Of a DNA stretch of 64,000 nt, positions 54,401-64,000 are shown one piece after another. The DNA comes from Antedon mediterranea. Taxonomy: Eukaryota; Animalia; Echinodermata. Within the stretch, counting starts at the first letter, position 1; every line of letters starts with the position of its first letter. The notes beneath the pieces are model-generated. The model did not search any database and had not been told where the DNA came from. It worked only from the letters and a program-made list of their open reading frames with translations. The position numbers and the translations under genes were made by a program. The DNA is taken from contig NC_092671.1 of assembly GCF_964355755.1 (NCBI RefSeq), positions 7,006,001-7,070,000 of the forward strand. The letters are read 5' to 3'.

Positions 54401-54718
54401 AACACAGTGGCGCTATAATTCAACTATTCGTTATTCTTATTCATTTTGCTGTGATGTGTGCGATAGATACAAATAAATCTTATTCATATTTCGAATATAG
54501 AAAGCCGATAATTGTAAAGGGTATGTCACGCAACCAAATAGGCCATGTCCCAAATTATGAGCTCACCCACATTGAATTGAAGGATCTCCAAAGCCACATA
54601 TATCTTGGGTATGGGTGTGAACCAGTATTAAAGCAAAACTCATACAAAGCCTATAGATGTATTGTAACATTACTGTATATATTCAATGAATAGGGATATT
54701 AACTTACGTTATAGCCAT
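36493..54718 (-). CDS. Gene C: uncharacterised type I membrane protein, two tandem LolA/ependymin-like modules, ~1235 aa, 26 exons
   Basis: Module 1 exons 54718-54708, 54270-53936, 53692-53428, 53022-52866, 52359-52228, 49335-49218, 48203-48040, 46310-46209, 45157-45089, 44879-44741, 44650-44541, 44324-44148; linker 43806-43734; module 2 43079-42843, 42743-42518, 42062-41882, 41464-41327, 41073-40986, 40629-40472, 40362-40261, 39938-39864, 39174-39045, 38423-38314, 37647-37447, 37000-36928; TM exon 36629-36493 (3708 nt). Same motifs as A and B; TM AVIGMGIGMGVLCILLGGFVCFLIAF, tail KNRESVNESGFTMKDVAQ*. Confidence 0.86.
37884..37918. mobile_element. Degenerate second copy of the catagagatattatag palindrome
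   Basis: catagatatattatagttcacttcatatctctatg; flanks ttacaac / gtaggac match only partly. Confidence 0.5.
38407..38470. repeat. 32-bp tandem duplication spanning a splice acceptor of gene C
   Basis: tatatcattataatgccctagata(a/c)aaacaa(g/a) twice. Confidence 0.9.
49581..52184. mobile_element. 2.6 kb non-coding element with ~830 bp inverted arms (foldback-type) in gene C intron 5
   Basis: Left arm ~49581-50412 is the near-perfect reverse complement of ~51359-52184; termini ta|gtccatgggatttag ... ctaaatcccatggac|ta; each arm has about three ~120 bp tandem units containing tgacctttgacct; AT-rich ~945 bp spacer with no ORF. Confidence 0.92.
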
Positions 54719-54785
54719 TGCCAAGTATTCTCAATGTTGATGCAGTAGTTTCATTTTATTCTAGTCACTTGTATCGTTAGTAATC

Positions 54786-54808
54786 TTCACGTGTCTGTAT
54801 ATTTTATA
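54786..54808 (-). promoter_or_regulatory. Putative core promoter of gene C (TATA + E-box)
   Basis: Minus strand tataaaa-8nt-cacgtgaa about 85 nt upstream of the ATG at 54718. Confidence 0.5.
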
Positions 54809-55045
54809 GATTAAATGCACTCAGTGTGTGTGTTATCTGTTCCACTTTGCCTGCCGCACGTTCAACGTAGTTTATAATCTCTCTGTACTATGAACCCAAG
54901 TTATTACAGATAAACTTAATTTCAGCTTTTATACAATGACTATACACTCGTATTTTACACTGTTTTTATTGAAGTTTTCTTTCAGTAAAAACAGAAAATC
55001 TACGATAATAACCCGCGGCAAAAGTTCTGGCAAACTTTACAAATC

Positions 55046-55127
55046 AATGTGTGAGTCAGTCTACATATAAATGTGTGAGTCGTACATATAAATGTGTGAG
55101 TCGTACTTACCAATGTGTGAGTCGTAC
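55046..55127. repeat. Four tandem 21-24 bp units upstream of gene C
   Basis: aatgtgtgagtc(agt)cgtac(atata) x4; first unit contains TGAGTCA. Confidence 0.85.
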
Positions 55128-56356
55128 TAAGTATCTGGTTTAACGATAATGGAGCAGAACGTACTAATAGGCTATAACATTAATTAGATGTTAGAAGACC
55201 GTTATTACTACGAAAGGATGATGATATAAAAGTTAATAATGAAATAATCGTCATGATATTCTGTAACGCATTGGTGAATAGACCAACAAATTGTGAAAAT
55301 GTAGGTACTGTAGGCCTATTGTATTCACAAAAAAAACAATCACACAACACTACGTTATAACTTTAAAACATGATTTTCGTATTTAAATCATTGTCATATT
55401 AACTTATTCTTACTTAAAAACGACGTTAAATCGTAAAGATATCTTGAAATTTACAATTCGTAAACAAATCAATAAGCACGATGTCTTAATTAATTTAAAC
55501 TTTGCCATTATACAATTTGCGCTTTGAGGCTTTCTGATTGGCTGACGCATGGATTTTGTGAATTGGATTTCAATGTGTAAATTTAAAGGCATTGGTTGCA
55601 CGGAGCCAACTCCATTGTTCTGATAATCACTTGATGGCATGGATTAAGAATGTTTTGATGTAATTTTAAATCTGATAATATCTATGATGGTGCATGCTTT
55701 ACAAGAGTCAACTATTATATGTTGCCTTTTCCCTCTCAAAACGAACTTCATACAATGGAATGAATGTTAGACAAATATGTATCCATTGCGCATATTTTAA
55801 CACACAAGTGTTATTACAAATCAGTTAAAATATCGAAAATAACGTTAGAACTCAACGCTCTCTAAGTTAAAACTAATTCGAGTTTCTAACGTTCCGAAAG
55901 TCCTTGTTAGTTGATAAAAACAAGTTCACATCCACATTGAAATCTCTCCTGAAAACACGCCCAGTTAAATGTGATGAATCCGAAGGGGAAAACAGCAATT
56001 ACCCTGAGCCTTTCGAGAGGGCTTCACTGGAGACTCTCCTCTTCACTTCCTATGACATATGTTGGGCAATAATGGCAGCACACCGCCAACCCACACTATG
56101 TTACAATCTGCCTACGACATTATGTGTTCTTCCCGTTCTATAATTACTATTTACAGTAGGCATGAATAAAGGAGAATTGGAGATTGATTGTTATTACATT
56201 ACAAGTCAATGCCGAAATAAAACACCAGATTCTCTACAATCATATATACATATTATTTAATATTATTGTTAAGGTTTATAATCAATGACTCAAAGTTCTT
56301 CTGCAAACACACAAGAAATAACCTCATTACACTTTTTTTTTTTTGTGTTTTTTATA

Positions 56357-56410
56357 TTTATAGTCGCGTGCAACGTGACTCTACAGCTCACTATGTCGTT
56401 CGGTCGGTAA
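56357..56410 (+). mobile_element. End of a DINE-1/Helentron-associated-like element
   Basis: T-rich site, short IR tagtcgcgtg..cgtgact, then a gtcg/gtcggt microsatellite, the layout typical of such ends. Other end not identified. Confidence 0.35.
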
Positions 56411-58002
56411 ACACAAATTTTTTCATCGCATCCAACAGCAAGAAACTCGCAAATTTGGATAGGGAGTGTAGTGAAAGTGTTTTGAGTCTGATACTAGGCC
56501 AGGATTTAATCCTAAACATTGAGATTGAAAGACACGTAAACCACCAGGTAGGTCCTACTATTTATTACGATTGCTAGCTAGCTTTCTTTCAGGGAGCCCA
56601 TTGTAATACTCCTATCACTACGCATGCGCAAGAAGTCAAACATGGTAACGATAATCAATTAAACAATTTTCAGTTTTAAATAAAAGGAAACATTTTTTTG
56701 GTGAAATCTACACCGAATATTGTAACTCCTTCATATTAGAGTGATTGACGAATGATACTTCATCACATCATATTAATAATGTTCATGCAGCAAGCATGAC
56801 ACTTTTATCGGTTCTTTAAGTCGATATCACTATTTTATACCCAATCGTGGCATACATTATTGTGCAAATACACTAATAAAATGTACATAAACCGAGTAAT
56901 CACATGCGCTTTACGTTAAGGGGGTCATATAGCGTAATTTACGATGGAATCGCAACATGCGTGTCCACTACAATAATTAATTAGCAAATAACACATAATA
57001 ATAGAGTGGGAACGCAAAGCTACATTGCGTGCCACCGCTGAGAGCAAGATAACTATAGTCTTTGAGTTGATTTTTCAGCGCATAGGCCCTACAAACAAGC
57101 ATACTTGTTTTATAACACACCTACTTTAAAGTTTTATTCAATTAATAGCCTACGCTGCCTACATCTTGAAACAATATTGAGGGCTACAGTGGGACATTAA
57201 AAAAGACAGCGCCCCGATTATAGAGGGGGAGTAGAATTTTTGCGTTGTACGGAAATTACATTTTTACAAAAACCTGAATCACCATTAGTTATCAATTTCC
57301 CGTTCAGTAGAACGCATGAACATTTCTCAACTACTTAGTAGTAGAAGCTTGGTAATAATAGCCAATCAAGGTGTAGTCGCACTCAGGTGTTATAAAACTT
57401 GTGAATTTATATGTTTCGTAAGTAGGTCCTTGTCTAATAAGTAGTCTCTTGCACGAGTAGGTCTTATGTAGTGAAGACTAGTAGTTGAAAGCCTAAGTTT
57501 TGTATTAATAGAGGGCGCAAAGGACGACTTCATCATTCAACAGCAAGCGTGAGATTCATCATAATTATATAAAATGGACGAATTATGACATCATTATCAT
57601 CAAAGCAGTGGTCGAATAATGATGCACTAAACTTTAATTGCCACGCTATCATTGGTAGTACGACGTCAAGACATCCAATTATCGATGCGCAACACAGATA
57701 AGTAATAATAGGCTACCATAAAAATGTAACACGTGATAGAGTTAACTCCGCCTCCTCTCACTTCCGAAACATTGCCATTTCTCAACTACTTAAAGAAGAA
57801 GCTTGATATAATTGCACACATACCAACTCAGTTGTGATTAGTATATCAACAGTCATCACGAATCAGTCGCACTTCGCAACTGTGCGTAAGTACATTTTTC
57901 TTTAATCATGTTTGTAATAATTTGCCACAAATTATTGTATTTTATATCGATTTAGTTTACTATCTATGTAAACGACGAAGACTTGTTTGTATGTATGAAA
58001 CG

Positions 58003-58405
58003 ATTTTTATTAGGCGTTTATAATAATAGATTGGGAAATTAAAGCTATATTGGAAATAATGTAGTTAAGATACAAAGATTGCGTTCTTCTAATGTTGTAT
58101 AGTAAAATAAAGCTAAACTAGAGAATTTGATTATTGATTTTACAGAATGTTTTGTTTTGGGTACAGTACACTAATTCTATTTGAGATTTAAGTGTTACAG
58201 AATTACTTATAGATCTGATATAATGCTTTTTATTATTAGGCGTTTAGAAATAAGATAAGAACGATTGCGTTCTTCTAATGTGGTATAGTAAAACTAAACT
58301 AGAAAATGTGTTTATTGATTTTACATAATATGTTTTTTGTTGTACAGTATATACTAATTTTATTTTAGATTTAATTGCTACAGCATTATTATAGATCTGA
58401 TATTA
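58003..58405. repeat. Diverged tandem duplication (~220 bp + ~180 bp)
   Basis: tattaggcgttta..gattgcgttcttctaatgt.gtatagtaaaa..tatagatctgata occurs twice in direct orientation. Confidence 0.85.
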
Positions 58406-60123
58406 AAGAATTACGTACAGTTAAACTATAAAATTGTATAATATAAAATATAGTTTTGGATTGTTAACTTTAATCTAAAGTTATACAGATATAGATTCCT
58501 TTTATTTTTACAGTGCTCATAACTCCGGGTTTAAAATGCTATTATTTACTATTTTGTACAGGCCTAGTTTAAAAAGTAAATTTTAGACTTTTTATTTAAT
58601 TTCACAACATAGAGTTGAAATTGTAAAAAATAATTTAACAATAATTAAATTCTTAAGCAAGGAAAGTTTGAATTGTTGTAAGTTTCACTTCTGAACTAAA
58701 CAATTTATTTGAAAGTACATTTACGACTTTTATGTCTCACAAATCAACAGCTAGGAAATGGCAAAATTGTCCAATACATTCTTCTGTTTGAAATTATTTG
58801 ATAATACATCTAAGTCGACTTTGAACCCGTATTGTGACGAAGCTTTGAAGAACTTCTCCTCTAAAATCGATTATTCGCAATGGACTCTTAGGCCTACCTG
58901 CTTAATATGTGTTGGCTTAAAACCTTATAACCGACACCGCACAGCATAATGTCCAGACTAAAAGAGGCGCACAATTCAAAATTGTCACATGGTTTACTGT
59001 ACACATTACCTTCCTAATTATTAAAATTAAGCACTATGTATAATTAATTTTTTTCTACACCATATACTAATATTTAACTGTAAACATTTAATCGATATTA
59101 TCTATCTAGCAAAAGCTGATCTATAGTTAAAATAACATAAAGCATTTCAAACTGTATTTTGAAAAATCTCAGAATATAATTTTTATATAGTCTACATTTT
59201 GCTGTTAGATGTCTAAAGCATTTTGCAGTAACATAGGTTAATTATTAGACAATTGTACATTTGTTTCTTTATCATTAGGCCTATATCCTAAAAATAGCAA
59301 CTGAATATATTCAGAATTACATACAATAAATACTTTAAACATTGGTAAATATAGAATAAAGGCGAAATAAAACATCACAATCATAAAACACCTCAATTAT
59401 GGTACTACGTATTGTGTAAAAGTATATGGAGAGAAGACCAGAAAGGATATACATTGTTCTCTTTTAGATAAAGAAGAAATACATAATAATAATATAATAT
59501 CGTGTAATATCATAATATTTAACAATTTATCTCTTAATATGTACCATCCATGGTGGTACTTTCCTTTTACAATTTTTAAATATAATTGGTTGACTAATAG
59601 TAATTACATTTAATAAAGTTATTATTTTCCCATATATTTATTATACCCCATATATTTTGTATTGACAGTGTTGTAATCTAATATGTAGGCCTTTTTGTAG
59701 AATTATATTTTATCAGAAGAAGCCATTTGCCATTATGACGTTATTCACTTAACATTTTAGACAAAGGAGGCGGTAATTTAACAGATCATGACGGTTGTGA
59801 AACGTATCTTGTGAATTTAACTCTTCTTCGTCTACCGTCCCGAAACCAACCTATAACTAACTTATAATTTGGAATGAATTACTGTCTTACATAATCGTCA
59901 AATATAGTAAGATTACAAACTACACAAATTATGAACGAAATTATTTAAATTTTAATTACTTTCGAAAAATGACAGAAAACAACTTTTTACTTAGGAATAG
60001 TTAAATAAATTGCACATCGCATTGTTAAGGTTTATAATAATATTTCTCCGGCCACCAATGAAAAAAATAACCAGGAGTAAGAATAGGCTAAAGCCCAAAC
60101 AAATTCTGCACTCACTCCATATC

Positions 60124-60195
60124 AGGTTCTACCGAGACTTAAACTCGGATCACTGGATTCAAAATTCAGAGTGCTAACCGTTACACCATAGAACC
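60124..60195 (-). pseudogene. tRNA-Gln(TTG), probably a pseudogene
   Basis: 72 nt GGTTCTATGGTGTAACGGTTAGCACTCTGAATTTTGAATCCAGTGATCCGAGTTTAAGTCTCGGTAGAACCT: metazoan tRNA-Gln body with intact acceptor and T stems, but T-loop TTC changed to TTT (B-box C56) and an A-C mismatch in the anticodon stem. Confidence 0.85.
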
Positions 60196-63100
60196 GATGT
60201 TTTTGTTTTGTTATTCAATTAATGTATTCCTTGGTACACATGAACTTCTGTAACTTTTTGTTCAAATTTGAATCTAAGTTTTGAGACCATTGACCAGACA
60301 GTAATTTAAATATACGCGATTATCGTATGGGAATCACTGTTGTAAAATCATTCCAAATAGTCTTTAAGCTTAGATAAAATTTAATAATAAAATTTAATCA
60401 AAAAATGCTATCGTTTCTGTGGCCTAAATCGACTTGCAGTTTATACTTTAAAGCCGCTGGCTTATTCGACACACCACACAGCGAGGTTTTGATATAAATT
60501 TTAATGACTTATTTGATTGCCAAGATTCGTTTTCTCTTTTGTAATAATGTAGGTTATATTGTAAAATTCTTTTTCATTATTAATGTGTAAAACTAAAACT
60601 AAACGCATATGTTGATATTTTTTCCGCAAACCCAAACTTAGCATATCCTGACATGAAAAATTAAATATTTTAATGTGTACCGTATCCTCTTGACCCATGT
60701 TCACACACAATAAATGGAAGACATGTTATACATACGTTATTTTCTTACCAGCTAAATCATAATTAGGCTTAATTATACTTCGTGAAGATTTAATTATCCT
60801 TCTAAAATGGTATTTAAATTTGTTTTATTATGTAATATATACAATGATGACAAGTAATATATTGTTGTTAAACTGTTAAACTTCAATTTGTCAAACCAAG
60901 TTGCAATAAAGAATATAATTATTATTGATGGAAGTATGACATAAATGAACACTTATACACTTCTAAAAGTGCTGATAATGTTTTAGTCGTAAAAGCGCTT
61001 CATATTATTTATATGGAATGTATTAAAAAAAATTATTTTGTGCTGCTTGCATTAGGGATTTTGTTTTTAAATACGAATTGAAACTAATATAGACAAGATT
61101 AACTTACATAGAAAAAAATTTTCCCACAATAATTATTTTAGGTTCGTAAACTATGAATTCTAAGTCATTCACATGAGTTTAATACCAATAATTTGGTGAC
61201 TTGCAGAAGAAATTTCAGAACAGAATTGATTTCTAAGGAATAGATTAGCTATTTCATTATATTTTGCCATAAAGATGATAACTATACCCATCTTTGTAAT
61301 CTTTAATAAATCAACATTCTTCAATTTAAAACTATAATGATGTTATTTGTTTTAATAGCTTCCAAAATGAAATACAAACCAACCAAATTGAGTTCAAATT
61401 ATGCATGGTTACATGAACAGACAATTGATAATGAAAACATGCCTAAAGTACACCAACGCCTGAAAATCCAAATGAGAAGGCAAACAACGAACCAGGGTGT
61501 GGTCGATTCATTCCTTTTGGTGTTTCTTTTTTACTGGTTGATGTTGGGATGTCTTTATTAGTTAACAAACCGATCGAATTTACCGATCCGATCCGAGCTA
61601 CCGGACCGATCCGAGTTACCAATCCAGTAAATTTTGACTCTCAATTAGCTTTTAAGATGATGGAACCACGTGGGTAGGTGTAATTGATTCACCAATGATT
61701 CTATGAGGTATTTCTAGATTTAAATCACATCAACAATAAATTGAATTAAATTTGTTTTATTCTTAAACCGAATAAATGGTTCTCCAAAGATTTCAAGAAG
61801 CAACAATAACAGAAAAAAAAAACACTGAAATATGAATTTATGGTTCTTATTGAATCTTTTCCTGCTTTCGTTTTAGAATGAGGCCAGATATTTCTAAAGA
61901 GCTTGTTTATGTCACACATGACAATAAATATTTAATTGTATATTCTTTAAAAGAATGTAAATTTTATGTGAAATGTGAACTTTTCAACGTCAAAATCACT
62001 CTGATTTGTGGTATATGTTACATACATCAACCATTGGTTTATCCACCTATTCTTACAAACTTTACCAAGGTTATTAAATCATCAACGTCCTAGTCTAATT
62101 ACATTACTTTTTGTAGAAGCATGTAAATGTCAGAAATCATTGTTTTTGTAGCGTTTCTTCTAATAAAGCATGGAAAAGTCAAACTATGTTTAATTATTTT
62201 TATTAACACGTCGTGCCAGAAAGGTGGCTGATAAAAATATATTAGGTTTTAATAAATGATTCTGAAAAAGGCTGAAACATGTAATCATGGCCTTAACACT
62301 AATTGTCTGAAGTAAAACGTGATTTGCCTAAAGTTTGGCATATTATGACATTTCAAAACATGAAACACGATAAATACACCATAACTTTGGCAACATCTCT
62401 CAAATCAATAGTCATGGTTGCGACAGTATTTATGGAGCATGTGTATTTTTTAATTATTTAAAAATTGTTTACAAGGGAAGAAGTAGAAAAGAGTGACATT
62501 ACTAAAACTTAGTTCCTAACTTGGAGTGAGTTGACCAATCACAAGAACAGTTCGGTGCACTTACGTGCAACCAAAAACCTCCCTGGTGCAACCTAACAGT
62601 TTGATTGCTTTTTTCATCTTTCATTAACTAATACATAATGCATGTAATTCGATAACAAGCTGTGATGCGCAATGTCAATGTACCACATTCAATAAATTGA
62701 TTACATGTAATTTATTTGAGATAATAACTTTAGCATGTACTTGCGGTGTTTACTTCTAGCAAACATTATTTTTTTGGTAACGAAGTTTCCGGTATCATGT
62801 TGCAGGCATCTATTTGAATTGTTTGCTGTTAAGGATGTTTATTACTTCATTGGAAACATTTATTTCTCTCCAATGTGATTACATTTTAAAGTACTAACAC
62901 AACTAATAACAAATAAGGGGGAAACAACATAGCGATTGGAAAGAGAGGATTTGAGGCACGCGTCCCATTTTTATCTTTTCTCAACGCGCTGGATTTGCCA
63001 CTGTTTGCATTTTCGTGTGCTGTTTTTCTTGTTTGTGTGTATGACGTCATCTTGTTGTGTTGTTTAACTGCTGCTTCTGTTGCTTTATGATGACGTTGAC

Positions 63101-64000
63101 CTATGTTGACATTGTGTTATTAACATCATTTTTGTCTTGAAGACTAATGCTTTGGGGTGTGATGTTGATAGGTCTGGCTAAGTACGTTGTTTTGATTTTC
63201 TCTGGGATGCGTATGATGTGCTTGCTTGTCTCGATGACATTATTGTTGATCATGATGGCTATGCGACTACATGTACAGTATCTACATTAGTTTAAACGGT
63301 TTACAGTTTGGATTGGAAATCAGTAATCCTAACTTTATTTTAAAAATATGTTTATCTGTATTTTATTGAACATCTATCGCATTAGTTTTATTATTGATTT
63401 GATTATTAATTGATGATTTTTAGTGGTGTTTTTAGGTGTGAAAAATGAATTCCAATGTACCTTTTTCTATAAACTAAATGTTTCATTTCTGTTTAAAATA
63501 GGAAGACAAATATAAAATTATAATTTTCAATAACGAAATTAAAAAAACTACTACGTACTTTGTACGTTTATTTAAAATGATCACACCTACACACCTTCCT
63601 TTCTAAATACAATAATTACCAAAATAAATTGTTTTTTAAGATCAATTAAAATAAATCCTATGGTATACATTATACGACTAATTAGAATTCCTAATTGTGT
63701 ATTTAAGTCACGTAATATCATAAAGGTTGAGTATTAATTGATTTTTTTGCTTAAACGAACTTACAACGCTACGAGAAAAGTGATTCATTATTTCATTCAT
63801 TAGAAAAAGGGGTGCGTAATTATAGCGTGTCATTATAACCGATTTTCTTATTATTTTAACAATATTAAAGAATTCACAAATTTTATAAGTGAAAAGTTTC
63901 CTCCATTGAAAGACCACTCTATCATAAGACATTCAATTTTAGACCACATTTCTGTCACCCTTCGACTATGACGGAACCTAATTGCTCCGTAATAACCAGT

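Noticed and set aside
43079-54718. Treating the 43-54 kb and 36-43 kb blocks (and likewise the two halves of B) as separate genes
   Set aside because: No TM or stop exon after module 1, no signal peptide before module 2, and the linker exon joins them in frame.
54900-64000. Short ORFs in the last 9 kb
   Set aside because: No splice-consistent coding signal or family motifs; appears intergenic with decayed repeats.

Overview
AT-rich, intron-rich animal genomic DNA. An invertebrate deuterostome such as an echinoderm is my guess from repeat content and frequent AGGCCTA motifs; this is not provable here. Contents: the last coding exon of an unidentified gene; a foldback-like hairpin repeat array; LEO1 (minus, 12 exons) head-to-head with SEC11 (plus, 5 exons); then a ~39 kb cluster of three paralogous, apparently intact genes for uncharacterised type I membrane proteins. 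These are built from a ~570-aa module of two LolA/ependymin-like beta domains plus a juxtamembrane domain. Gene A has one module (~631 aa); genes B (~1199 aa) and C (~1235 aa) have two tandem modules each. Introns and intergenic DNA carry many MITEs, a 2.6 kb inverted-repeat element, tRNA/5S-derived SINE pieces and a tRNA-Gln pseudogene. Other notable signals: a GC-rich, highly structured element in SEC11 intron 1, 32-36 bp palindromes with 7-bp target duplications that resemble P-element excision footprints, and a duplicated splice acceptor that could truncate gene C. Exon boundaries were read by eye; summed exon lengths of all five complete gene models are multiples of 3.
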